A stretch of DNA of 64,000 nucleotides. Source: Octopus vulgaris (Eukaryota). The first letter of the stretch is position 1. Each line of letters opens with the position of its first letter. The stretch is taken from the NCBI GenBank assembly GCA_951406725.2, contig OX597814.1, positions 141,050,001 to 141,114,000 of the forward strand. The letters run 5' to 3'. The position numbers and the translations under genes are program-made. The notes under the pieces were generated by a model. The model made no database searches and had not been told where the DNA came from. It saw only the letters and a program-made list of their open reading frames with translations. Of the stretch, positions 26,873 through 41,147 are shown one piece after another.

Positions 26873-27592
26873 GGTTCCTGGTAGTTCAAAATATCAACTC
26901 ATATATATTAGATTCGCAAGCTCATCGTAGTCTCAGTTGATGCTTGTTATAAGCTTAACTCTCGATCAGCTCTGACAGCGCAGACCTTTCTTGAATGGCA
27001 ATCATCCCGTTCTATATTCATGCATCGTTATCCACTGTAGTCTTAAATATTAGTTTGTTTAAGCCTTCAGTGTAAGAAATTACTTCTGCAAAGATTACAC
27101 TTTGTTCAAAGTACCTACGAGAACTTTTCGCTGTTGTTCATTTGACATGGGCTTATTAATCTTATAACCACATTTAAAGGTAACTTAAAGGAGAATTAAA
27201 GGATATTTAAAGGAAATTTATCTAGAATACCAGTATGTCGAGCGACCTCATAGAAACGTCCCCGTAGGTCTAGATGCAGGGAGGTCCTTATGTAGGGAGG
27301 CCAAAGAAAAAAGACTTTCTCATAATGTCTCAGGGCAATCTAAACCTTTCTGGGTAGCTTTGTTCCATTCTTAGAGATTATGTCGTTTATGGTGGCTTGA
27401 TATATTGATTTTATTTTGTAATTTAGCCTGAAGAGAATGGACTACATTATAGAACACCCTCATTTCCCACCCCTTCTTAGAACCGTGATATTAATGGTGA
27501 AGACGGACGAAATGTAGCTAAGCATTTTGCCCGGCGTGGTAACGATTGTGTTAGGTTGTCGCCCGATTAACGGGGATAATATTAAGATTGAG

Positions 27593-27812
27593 AAAGGTGG
27601 CGAGCTGGCAGAATCGTTAGTACGTCTTGCAAAATGCTTAGCGACATTTCATCCGTCATTACGTTCTGAGTTCAAATTCCACTGAGGTCGACTTTGTCTT
27701 CCTCCCACTCGAGGTCGATAAAATAAGTACGAGTTGAGCACTGGGGTGGATGTAATCGATTTATCCCCTCCCCCGAAACTGGTGGTCTTGTGCCAAAATT
27801 TGAAACCGATAT
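27593..27812 (+). mobile_element. SINE family B copy
   Basis: Full-length family B match ending GTGCCAAAATTTGAAACC. Confidence 0.85.
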
Positions 27813-28896
27813 TAAGATCAGAAAGAAACCGATATCAGAAAGAAAAACGAGGAAAAGAGGATATTTACGAGAGCTTAACTCTAGAGAGAGGGTTAGAAAA
27901 AGAATGTCGTTTGAATAGAGTGGAAATATACCATAGGGATAATGAGAGAAAGGGTTAAAGGATGTATGAAATAGGGTCGGGGGGATGTGGTAGATGGGTT
28001 GTCATTAAGAGGTTTAATAGTCGTTATAGTAGCAGTGAAAGAAACTGTTGTGAGCCAGTATTTACAGAATGTTGGTGTGTGATGATTTGTTTGTTAATTA
28101 GCACAGCTTGTTTGTGTGTGTGTGTGTGTGTGTGTGTTGTGGTGGGGGGAAAGTCTCGGGTGTTTTATCCCCGCTCCATACTTGCGAAGTACAGCTAATT
28201 CTTGGTTAGCATCGTGGTCGAAGTGGCGGTCGTAGTGGTGGTTCTAGTCATCATCGTTGTCGTCATCGTTCGCCTACTCATTTTCTCCTCGTCGTCTTCC
28301 TTCTTCTCCCCTTCTCCTCCTCCGCCTCCCTCCTCAATGGACCATTCTTCTATTCATCAGTAGATCAGTAGGTACACTTATCTGTGTTGTACTTATTAGA
28401 TAACAAAAGCAGCCAAAAAAAAAAAGAGCAAGAAAAACAAACAAAAAAAATTAAAGCATTTTAGATTGTCTGTAATTATGACTTTCTTTTGACAACATCA
28501 CATTTCATGTGAAAGTTAACATTGCATCTGCCCCTTATTCCGCTCTTAATTTTAACTATTTAGCTTGTTGTTTATACATAAATAGCAATTAGCCAGACAT
28601 AATGCCTTTGAACCGTTCTTTGAAGTCATCTCCTCCATTTCTGACATTTAGTATTAGCTTTTATGTCTGAAATTGAAATCTTGATGGTTTGGGAGATAAT
28701 TTATTTCAAATCGATAATGAGGCGCCTGTTTCATTTGAAGAAAGCTATATGTTTATTCAACAAAGGAATGTAGCGAGGAACGAAACTTAACATCCATCGG
28801 GTCGGAAGGACCTCGCTGGTTACTTCGTAATGACGTAGTAAAGGATATCTTGATTAACTCAGATTGGTAGATTCCATCTCTTTACAAGCTACATAC

Positions 28897-29112
28897 ACGC
28901 ACGCACGCACGCTTGCACGCCCGCACGCTTGCACGACCGCACGCCCGCACGCTTGCACGCCCGCACGCTTGCACGCCCGCACGCTTGCACGCCCGCACGC
29001 TTGCACGCCCGCACGCTTGCACGCCCGCACGCTTGCACGCTCGCACGCTTGCACGCCCGCACGCTTGCATGCCCGCACGCTTGCACGCCCGCACGCTTGC
29101 ACGCTCGCACGC
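28897..29112. repeat. GC-rich 16-bp minisatellite (GCACGCCCGCACGCTT)n, about 12 units
   Basis: Direct reading. Confidence 0.95.
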
Positions 29113-30431
29113 AGAAACACACACACACAAACACGCACGCACGTACACCCCCCCACACACACAGAGTAGTTGTATTCAGCGATGCAATCTTACAATGTTC
29201 ACAACTGCCGTCGATGGGAATGAATAGATAGCCCCACCCTAGGCTACCAAGTAGCTGCTAAATGAACTCGACGAATGTCATTGATAGGATTCGAACCTCC
29301 GATCCCTCCGTCGGTTTTTAATGCCTTACTCCATACTCATTAAAAATCACGAAACAATAAATACTGAAACATTTGAAGAGATTATTAGGTCTTTGATGAA
29401 TAATTATGATTTTGCAGATGAAGTATGATCATGGTTTTCTGAGAAAAGCTTCCAGGGTGTTTACATTGTATTCACCAACCACGGAAAAGGATTTGAAGTC
29501 AGTACCGTAAACTAAGTAAACTCATATTAATTCTTTTTGCTAAAATCTCGATTTGATTAACTAGGATTCAGGAAGTACTGATACAATAGACGATGTTGTT
29601 GGTTAGTCCCACGTAAGTCTTAATCGAGCAGAACATGATAAAAGGAGTTCTAGCAGTGACAATCGAATGGCATATCTAAATGTGTGTGTGTGAGTATATG
29701 TATAGGTGAACGTCTCTGAAACAGCATTAAATGAAAATGGCCATCTGTGTATCATACTAAATGTATATACACTGTAGAAAGACATGCTTTTTGTCTGAGA
29801 CAAATATGTATTCATAAATATGTGTTAAAAACACGATATTACGGTTCAAACACATGTCTACGAAAAGATTTTTCTCGGGAAATTTTCACAGAATATGGCT
29901 ATGGATATGATCCAGCATGGTAACAATCCCGAGTACATACACTCTGTAGCTTCGTATGTATGTGTATTTATATGTATGTCATTATTCAGTTTATTTCAAG
30001 ATTTCTTGCCAATAGACAAGTTTCTAACCTAGATCCAAGGCTCCTTCATTGGAATTTCAACATCAAAAGCAGGGTATTTTTGTATGTATGTATGTATGTA
30101 TGTATGTATGTATGTATGTATGTATGTATGTATGTATGTATGTATGTATGTATGTATATGTGTAGATAATACATACATACAGTCATATATGTATGTATTT
30201 GTTATTTGTGTCTGTTTTGTCCTACCACCATCTCTTGACAATCGATGTTGGTATGTTTACGTCCCCATAACATAACGGTTCGGCAAAAAGAGTTTGATAG
30301 AAGTACTAGGCTTACAAAGGATAAGTCCCGGGGTCGATTGACCGCAATGAAATGACTGAAGCAAGTAAAAGAATGAAAGAATATACATACATATATATGT
30401 ATGTATGTATATATATATATATGTGTGTATG

Positions 30432-30504
<73 letters not shown>

Positions 30505-30877
30505 TAAAGTACTGGGGTCGATTCATTCGACTAAAATTCTTCAAGGCGATGCCCCAGTATGGCCACAGTCTAATGATTGAAAGAAATAAAAGAATAAAAG
30601 AATAAAAATATGTGCGACTGTGTGTGAATGTGTGTGTGTGTGTATGTGCAATGGAAGTGGGATGGTGAACATTCAACAGTGAAAAGAAAAATCAAACAGC
30701 GTTTCAACTCTGTATGAGTATACGTGTGTATGTGTGTGCGTGTACAAGGGAAGTATGTGAATGCTTGTAACTGTGATTATTATGTACCTTATTTTTGTAC
30801 CTTATTTATATAAAAATCCTACAATTGACCGTCATTTTCGACGGCACGGGGCCAGCTAGTATCTATATATTTGTCGT

Positions 30878-31138
30878 GGCCGGTAATAAAGTCACAGAAA
30901 AAAAGTCACAGAAAAAGTCACAATTTTGTCTCGGAAAGAAAGTCAGGTAATCAAGCAAAAATATTCAAGCCTGTCACAATTTATTAAAGTACCATAAACA
31001 ATTAAAGTAACAAAGCAGAAAATATTATAATTCAGTTATTAACTGACAATACATGACTAGTACACATTGACAACACTATTTATATATGATTGCATTGCTT
31101 GTGACTTTTTTCCTGTGATTTTTTTTTACCTGGATTCA
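30878..31138. mobile_element. MULE/Phantom-like MITE with AAAAGTCACA subterminal repeats
   Basis: GGTAATAAAGTCACAGAAAAAAAGTCACA... at left and TGTGACTTTTTTCCTGTGATTTTTTTTACC at right. Confidence 0.55.
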
Positions 31139-31829
31139 TACTTGCACGCCTGTAACATTCCCGAGATGCGCAAATTCACCAATCTTTCCTTTGATATATT
31201 AAACAGAACCTCTAAGCGTTCACTATATGCAGAAAGGTAAATATGATAAAATTCGTTGGATCTCATGTGCACTATAAATCTTTGACTATGTTCATTTATT
31301 GTAGCAGATAAGTTTCTTATTCGTTAAACTAAGTAATATTATTATTCAAAATTATTGAACAAAAAACGAAAGCGTTAGAGATATTCTGTCATAACTGAGA
31401 AATTGCATCACAGCGGTGGCAACAACACTTTGGTGAAATAGTTCAAAGTCACAAATATATTCGAAAAAATAGAACTCAATAGAAAAATAATCTAAAGATC
31501 AGGATTAAAATTCAGCACTGGGATACACTAGTAATAAATAAAATTACGGATCCCACATCAATAGAAGAGAATATAGCATGTATATATAATACAGTAAAAC
31601 GACTGCCGTAAGTTAAATTCCGTTAAGTAATGTGATTTGATGTTGGTGAAGTCGGTTAACTGAGTTTTACTTTTTCTGTAGTAACTTTATGAGTTGCTAT
31701 GAAACCACGTTGACGTCTTTAGTGTTGGAGAAAGAAAACTGATTATGGAAAGAGAAAAAACGTTCATAGAATATCTTTCTCTTAGGAAGATCGAACATGT
31801 TAGGTGCATCAACTGTAACCTGTCTGTCC

Positions 31830-31921
<92 letters not shown>

Positions 31922-32161
31922 GTATATCTATCTATCCATCCATCCATCCATCCATCCATCAATGCTGGGGAAACGCATGTTTTATGATTATATTTTAAGT
32001 CTGGTACTTATCGCAATCCATTTACCAACACGCTAACATACCAGGACCAACGCAAAAGTGCCATATTTCAATGGTTGTCTTATATACACACATACATTCA
32101 CACATTCACACAGACACAGACACACATTCACACAGACACACAGACACACACAGGCACACAC

Positions 32162-32223
<62 letters not shown>

Positions 32224-32485
32224 GTATATATATATCACTTCAGCCATGTAACCACACACGTGCTTTCCTTGGACTATTTTCGCTCTCCAGGCCTTTCCAT
32301 TCTCCTCTTTTCTGACGAAGAGCCATGCTCGAAACATGATGCACCTACGCTTTTTTCCACCTTTATTGAGCGTCAAAATAATACACTCCATGTGTACATT
32401 CCTTTGACTTTTGTTTTGTTATTATTTCTTATTTTTAATTTCTAATTTCTCTTTCTGTCTGTCTGTCTCTCTCTCTATATATATA

Positions 32486-32539
32486 CATATGTGTATACAC
32501 ACACACATATTAAGATATATATGTGCGCGTGTGTGTGTA

Positions 32540-32590
<51 letters not shown>

Positions 32591-32840
32591 GTACATGTAT
32601 ATATGCATATGTGTATCATATGTGTATATCTATAAAGATTTAACAATAGTAAAAGTATACAAATATGAATAATGTATGTATTCTTTAACTATTTTACTGG
32701 ATTCACTTTATGGACAGTGGCCCTACTACAGCACAACTCGTGAATGTACACATTCACATAGACATAATACATAGAAATATATGCGTATTTTTCTATTCAT
32801 ATATGTATACACACACACATATTAAGATATATATGTGCGC

Positions 32841-32906
<66 letters not shown>

Positions 32907-33171
32907 GTACATGTATATATGCATATGTGTATCATATGTGTATATCTATAAAGATTTAACAATAGTAAAAGTATACAAATATGAATAATGTATGTATTCT
33001 TTAACTATTTTACTGGATTCACTTTATGGACAGTGGCCCTACTACAGCACAACTCGTGAATGTACACATTCACATAGACATAATACATAGAAATATATGC
33101 GTATTTTTCTATTCATATATGTATACACACACACATATTAAGATATATATGTGCGCGTGTGTGTGTATATG

Positions 33172-33225
<54 letters not shown>

Positions 33226-33420
33226 TGTATATATGCATATGTGTATCATATGTGTATATCTATAAAGATTTAACAATAGTAAAAGTATACAAATATGAAT
33301 AATGTATGTATTCTTTAACTATTTTACTGGATTCACTTTATGGACAGTGGCCCTACTACAGCACAACTCGTGAATGTACACATTCACATAGACATAATAC
33401 ATAGAAATATATGCGTATTT
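32486..33420. repeat. Three tandem copies of a ~312-316 bp unit
   Basis: GGATTCACTTTATGGACAGTGGCCCTACTACAGCACAACTCG recurs at ~32699, ~33015 and ~33329. Confidence 0.95.
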
Positions 33421-34078
33421 CAATTTGGCCGTAAAGACTAATATAGGTAAGGAATTTTTGAGATTAGTCTCTAAGCATTTTAAGCAGGGTCATAAATTCT
33501 ACAGAATATTTAATAGAAGAACCCTGAAGGTTAGCTATTCTTGTTGCAGAAATTTCGCCTCTTACATTAGCCAACATAATAGGAAGCTAATTGAGATTAG
33601 ACATGGTGCCGAGCCCATTAAGAAATGTAATTTCAAAAACGAAAGCTCCTGTCCGTTAGAAGGGAAATGTCTAGTGAAAGGAGTAGTTTATAGAGCCAAG
33701 GTGCAAGTGGAAGGCTCATCGGAATACAAGACATACACAGGGGCTTCAGAAAATTCATTTAAAACAAGATTTTATTCTCATAAAAATTCATTTAAATACC
33801 CAGAGAATAGGAAGAAAACCAGCCTAGCAAAATATGTCTGGGAACTAAAAGAAAAGGAAGCCCCACCTTTCAACGTGACATGGAGCATTCTGGACAGGGC
33901 GGCACCATACAGGCATGGAGCTTACAAAAATAATTTCAAGTGCAGACTTTGTCTATTAGAGAAAATGTACATCTTATTCAAAGACAATAATTCTTTGAAT
34001 CAAAGAAGTGAGTTAATGAACTTATGTAGGCACGCGGCTAAATTTAAAATGTCGAATATAAATATACCATATGGATAG
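33421..34078 (+). CDS. Penelope-like element C-terminal Cys linker plus GIY-YIG endonuclease (5'-truncated, no RT)
   Basis: KTNIGKEFL...LKVSYSC...CPLEGKCL, GVVY...YTG, FKTRFYSHKNSF, LAKYVWELK, CRLCLLEK; open frame of 217 codons. Confidence 0.88.
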
Positions 34079-35179
34079 AGTATATATTTTGTATTTTTGA
34101 TTTTTGATTTTGATTTTGACTCTTGAGCGCTACGATGGATTTTGATTTTGATTTTGTTTTTGTTTTTGTTTTGTTTCCAAACTATGCGGATCTTAATCCG
34201 TATAGCAAAGTCTTATGTTTCTACATATATATTAGGAAAAACCTACAAACTTTGTTTTCATGTTATTGTATTGCATAGGATTACCTTGATTATTTATATT
34301 ACCTTGATTATTTATAAATGACCCAAAATAGGATGTTATATTTTATTTTATATGTCTTTCGTATATATTTTTATTAATGCACCCATTTTTTAAAAGCAAT
34401 GTTTTTTAAAAAAAGCAATGTTGTCAAAATTATAATGTTTATATAAGTATGTGTATAGCAAAGCATATGTATTTGTAAGCATGCGTATCTGTGTATGTGT
34501 AAGTGAAAGTATGTTTGTGCTTAAGCACACATATACACGACGGTATGTATATGTATCCATTCAAACTTGTGTATGTATACTGGTCTCTATAGATGCCAAT
34601 AACAGCGTTACACTGCCTGTATACATAAATTTTTTTCTTATTTCGTTTTTTTCCCCACCCCTCCTTCGTTCCTTTTTCTCTCTCTCCCTTTCTTTCGTTC
34701 CCCCTCCTTGCCCAGTATATGAGAATTGCTACATAGATGAATTTTAGCTTGCGTGCGAGACGGTTTGCGTGAATATATGTACACATGCTTTTATGTGTAT
34801 ATTTAAATTTATATTCATACGTCTGTATATGTATGTATGGCGTTTACGCGCATCCTTTTGTGTATGTTGATATATATATGTAGATTTTAATATAAATATG
34901 TATTGCAGTATTTATAACAGGTTTAATTTCTATGCATTAATTTGCACTGTCTTCATTAACATCAATGGTTTTTTCCTCGGATTTTATAATTTTTATAAGT
35001 TTTTTATATATAATTTTTATAAGTTTTTATATATATATACATATATCTTTGACCTTTTTGTTTATCGCTCGAAGATTGACCGTTTTTTCTAAAGGGCCAA
35101 TCAAACAAGTCCATTTCTTTTTAAAGGTGTAGCGTTTGTAAGAGTATAGATTGAATTGATATATCAGTTCCATTCTAGC

Positions 35180-35228
35180 AAAAACTGTCTGATGAACGGC
35201 AACGAGAAACTCAGAGTAACAGATTTTG
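35180..35228 (+). ncRNA. Minimal hammerhead motif at the putative 3' end (pLTR) of the Penelope-like element
   Basis: CTGT-CTGATGA-A-CG-GCAA-CG-A-GAAA-CTC-A-GAG-TA-ACAG; same strand as the GIY-YIG ORF, just before a (TA)n tract. Confidence 0.75.
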
Positions 35229-35526
35229 TTGAATTTTCTGCTGCTTAAAATAAAGTATATATATATATATATATAAATCGGCCATGATAGATCGGTAGCC
35301 ACTACACAAATTTTTTTCTCTCCTTGTTTCTTTCTGTGTTCCTTTATGTGGAAGAGCGTAGGCTCGAAATGTAAAAGACTTTTTCAATTCCTGAGCGTTA
35401 TACTAATATATCTGTTTGTTTTCTACACCACTTGTCTTCGTCTTTGTTTTTTTCGTGAATTCTCCCTATATATATATATATATACACACAGGTGTGGTAA
35501 TACAAATAGGAAAATGGAATTCAAAA

Positions 35527-35558
<32 letters not shown>

Positions 35559-35577
35559 ACACACGTATATATATAAA

Positions 35578-36210
<633 letters not shown>

Positions 36211-38598
36211 TGCGAACAAGGCCTACAAATCTCTGTTTCAGAGATTGCATCACTCTTGTTTATATACTTAAATATCAACACTCAGACATATCCGCATTTA
36301 TATGAATACACACACGCACATATATACTATAACATGAAGTACATGAGATAAAAAAAGGCGGCGAATTAGTTGTAGTTAGAGCGTTGGATAGCATGCCTGG
36401 CGTTATTTTCTGACAAGCGATGCTCTGAGTTCAAATCCTACCGCGACCAACTTCGCCTTTTATTCTTTCGGGGTCCACTAAAACGTATCGAACTAGAGCA
36501 ATGGATACGTTGAACTATTAGAGGATCGGATGAGATACTATGTGGTATCTGCTCCGGTCTATTGCTTGTGACTACACAGGTGGCAAGATACATTAATCAA
36601 AGACGTTCCATTTATAAGATGGTAGGGTATTATTTGGCTGTTATTGACCCAACGCAGCAGTTTTACCCTTTATAAACATGTGGTATCGAATGGAGAGACT
36701 TGCATGTATGGGGAATTGCCGGTCTTTCTAAAAAAAATCTTGTCCAGGCCTGATCATAAAATGTGCTGATGTATAACCAATTTGACCGACGGAGGCCCCC
36801 AATGAGACAAAGGGAGAGCACTCGATACAATGTGTAGTAAAATGGATACGGTTTACAAAATATCCAGGACTGTTAACGATGTAAACGATAATTTTTTATG
36901 GCGCCCGAAATATACACATTGTCATTTAAGTATCTACTTATGTATAAACTACGTGTGTGCATTTTGGTCTACTGAAAACTCTGGTGTTATCACGAGTAGT
37001 TCGAACAGAGATATTAGTCTTGGACACTATGTAAATCACACACACACACCTGCACACACACACCTCAACACCCACCCACCCACACACACACACCTACACA
37101 CACACAATTGCACAAACACACACACACACACCTACACACACCTACATACACCTACACACACATCTACGCACACACAATTGCACACACACACACACACACA
37201 CACACAATTGCACAATGACATAAACTCTCGCGCTTACATATATGTCTGCGCGGGCATAAAAATCGCGAGTCGAAGAAATAGATGCCGTCGCTGTTGTTTT
37301 TATTTGGTCTTGAATGAGCCCTAAAAGAGCAGAACTATGATCAAAGGAGTTCCATAAATGAACAAACCCATCATTTTATTTATCTTGGGCTGCACTTCCA
37401 TTTTGTCAGTCGTTTTCTTTTCATTAATTTGGCTGTTATTTCTAGCAGACCTAGCGACCTCCCACATCAATGGCATCAAAGTCGCCCCCACATCAATGGC
37501 TCATTGAAGTAATAGTGTTGAATGAAGGCAACTCGAGTAGACTAAACGACTGATTTATAATCAGGATGCGGTAATGTATTTAACACACAACAATTTCGGC
37601 CTGAAATAATCTAGAAGTAATTATATTATGAGAATGTCAAGGATATAAACGAGCTAACGTTTAATGTCCTCGGTTAGTGAAATGTTTGCAGAGGTGGAGA
37701 TGAAGATTTCCATAGAAACACATATTATTGATTCAACGATACAAACTTTTGCGCATTTGATTTATTAAGAGTTTATCATGTCGTCGCTAGATCGATGTCT
37801 TCTGTATTAGGAGCAGCATGCTTAAAAGTAAAATGGCTGTATGGTTAGTCACTTAGTGAGACATTAAATAACTGAATATATTTCGCTGAGCCGATCTAAT
37901 AAGACGGAAACGTGTCCGGGGTTGCCAGTAGTTACTGAAATCATTAAAATAATTAACAGTCACTGAGATAATGATGTCTTTTCTTCTCCACATAAGTATT
38001 TCTAATTATATTTCTGATGTTAACACACTTTTTAAGTATGGTAACAGTTCATTTAGTCATCACGACAAAGACAATGTTGGGACACGCCTTTAATTACTTT
38101 ATCTAATGTGAGCCAACGAGACAGCCTTTAAGTGTTTCGCATTGCTCGATCTGCTAGAAATAATCGCCAAATCTCGAGTCAACGTAGGACTTCTACGCAA
38201 TTATTCGGTCTGCAATTGCAGTCAAAAGTTTTTCCAAACCTACTCAACTGTTGTCAAAAATAGTTAAAAATAGAGGATAAAAACTAGTAATACAAAACAT
38301 TAACATAAACATGCCTACACTGCATCGATCTCACCAACCACATCGCAAAGTAACTCCTCCCTGCTTACAATACTCTCACAAATACCATAATTGAGGAAGA
38401 TTTCAATATTCTGAACAAGAAAGTAACCTGAAATATACATACATACATACATACATACATACATACATACATACATACATACATACATACATACATACAC
38501 ACACACATACATACACACATACATATTAATGTAAATGTTTGCTTTTATGTTCAGTTAAGAACATTTTATATAAATCTTTTGTAGAGTACAAATATATT

Positions 38599-38713
38599 AT
38601 TCTTAAACAAGGATGTTGTTGTCAGTGACTTCGAAGTTTTGGCCGGCAGTCCGATGATGGCTTAGCTGACCGGAACTTCTAAGTCACTATCAACAGCATT
38701 CTTGTTTAAGAAT
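38599..38713 (+). repeat. 49-bp-arm hairpin containing a degenerate hammerhead
   Basis: ATTCTTAAACAAGGATG... / ...CATTCTTGTTTAAGAAT; internal CAGT-CCGATGA-...-GGAA-CTTCTAAG-TC-ACT. Confidence 0.75.
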
Positions 38714-38731
38714 TATCTATATTTATATTTG

Positions 38732-38852
<121 letters not shown>

Positions 38853-39183
38853 GCCTGCCTGTCTGCCTGCCTGTCTGTCTGTCTGTCTGTATATGTATGT
38901 AGTATAATATAATAAAATGTAATAGAATATGCTTATAGATATTATTCATAATATAATATATAGATAATTGCAACCAGACTCCCTTTATAGCCAAAGTAAT
39001 CCACACCAACATACATACATATCTACTCTTCACATCTCGTTAACATTTCACTGCTTTTCTCTAATCACCTTCCAATTATCTTCACTACACAGTCGTACAT
39101 TTATGAAAAATGCAAAAACTTTTGCAGATTTCATATATATTCATATTCAATGCTTTTCGAAATATACTTACACTTTATTCTAA

Positions 39184-39268
39184 TGGCTCCGACGAAGCTA
39201 TATTGTGTTGCATAAGGACTCAGTTCTCAGTGCACTGCATCTGGTAGAGGAAACAGCACTGTAAGCTA
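39184..39268 (+). ncRNA. Degenerate hammerhead motif (CCGACGA core)
   Basis: TGGCT-CCGACGA-...-GAAA-CAG-CA-CTG-TA-AGCTA; stems I and III pair, stem II base weak. Confidence 0.55.
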
Positions 39269-39463
39269 ATGAAATTGTTTATGTGATTCCTACTTCCATG
39301 TCATTCATAACTTGATATTACGCTCTATACTCGCCTAACGCTTTACTCTAAAGTATTCTCATATTGAGTTCTAGCAACTGGTTATTAGTAGAAGGCGAAA
39401 TTTAAGGCGAAATCATATATCGTATCATATCGTATCATATCATATCATATCATATCATATTAT

Positions 39464-39530
<67 letters not shown>

Positions 39531-39601
39531 GAATTAGGTATTTTAATTGAAGCGCCAAGCCAGTTCGGTACAGTTCGTGCAGCTCGAAGTTAGGTGAACA
39601 A

Positions 39602-39914
39602 AATGCAAATAAGTAACAAGGATGTCTAGGTATCAATGCATTACGGCCGTTTCAAGTGGCTCCATTTAATTGATCTGCCACAAATATAACATGAGAAAAC
39701 AATGTAATTATTTTGGTTTCTAGTACTGATATAAAATTACTATAAATGCTAAAAATGGTTTATCTTTTATTTTAGAAATCTATATGGTCATCTGCTTGTG
39801 AGGAGGGCAGTTTCTTTCAAACTGATGTAATGTTTTCATTGATCGATTAAACTGAGCCGCTTGAAACGGCCGTAATGCATTGGTACCTGGACATCCTTGT
39901 TACTTATTTGCATT
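39602..39914. repeat. Inverted repeat (~74-bp arms, ~165-bp spacer) carrying hammerhead 3' half GAAACGGCCGTA, in (TA)n
   Basis: Arms 39602-39675 and 39841-39914. Confidence 0.85.
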
Positions 39915-39934
39915 ATATATATATATATATATAT

Positions 39935-40353
39935 AGGCGCAGGAGTGGCTGTGTGGTAAGTAGCTTGCTAACCAACCACACGGTTCCGGGTTCAGTCTCA
40001 CTGCATGGCATCTTGGGCAAGTGTCTTCTGCTATAGCTCCGGGCCGACCAATGCCTTGTGAGTGGATTTGGTAGATGGAAACTGAAAGAAGCCTGTCGTA
40101 TATATGTATGTATATGTATATATGTGTGTATGTGTTTGTGTGTCTGTGTTTGTCCCCCTAGCATTGCTTGACACATCAATGCTGGTGTGTTTACGTCCCC
40201 GTCACTTAGCGGTTCGGCAAAAGAGACCGATCGAATAAGTACTGGGCTTACAGAGAATAAGTCCCGGGGTCGATTTGCTCGACTAAAGGCGGTGCTCCAG
40301 CATGGCCGGAGTCAAATGACTGAAACAAGTAAAAGAGTAAAAGAGTAAAAAGA

Positions 40354-40404
<51 letters not shown>

Positions 40405-40567
40405 CGCAAGAGTGGCTGTGTGGTAAGTAGCTTGCTTACCAACCACATGGTTACGGGTTCAGTCCCACTGCGTGGTATCTTGGGCAAGTGTCTTCTACTA
40501 TAGGCTCGGGCCGACCAAAGCCTTGTGAGTGGATTTGGTAGACGGAAACTGAAAGAAGCCCGTCGTA

Positions 40568-40625
<58 letters not shown>

Positions 40626-40632
40626 TAAACAT

Positions 40633-40666
<34 letters not shown>

Positions 40667-40871
40667 GTATGTTTATGTGTCTGTGTTTGACCCCCTAGCA
40701 TTGCTTGATAACCGATGCTGGTGTGTTTATGTCGCCGTCACTTAGCGGTTCGGCAAAAGAGACCGATAAAATAAGTACTGGGCTTACAAAGAATAAGTCC
40801 TGGGGTCGATTTGCTCGAATAAAGGCGGTGCTCCAGCATGGCCGCAGTCAAATGACTGAAACAGGTAAAAG
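39935..40871 (+). mobile_element. Two tandem full-length SINE family A copies (39935-40355, 40401-40871)
   Basis: GGCGCAGGAGTGGCTGTGTGGTAAG head, GGTTCAGTCCC B-box-like motif, internal (TA/TG)n, (TAAAAGAG)n tail. Confidence 0.9.
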
Positions 40872-40880
40872 GGGAGATAT

Positions 40881-40913
<33 letters not shown>

Positions 40914-41063
40914 TTGCATTTCATATATATACATATATATATATTTCTATGCATGTATATATATGTAAATATATATATATATATACATATATATATTTAA
41001 ATGTATATGTATGTATATATGTATATGTATGTATATGTATATGTGTGTATGTATATATACATA

Positions 41064-41133
<70 letters not shown>

Positions 41134-41147
41134 GTATATATACATAT

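Noticed and set aside
30820-30862. Hairpin followed by CTAGT resembling a Helitron 3' end (also ~8680-8706)
   Set aside because: No identifiable 5' end; too short to call
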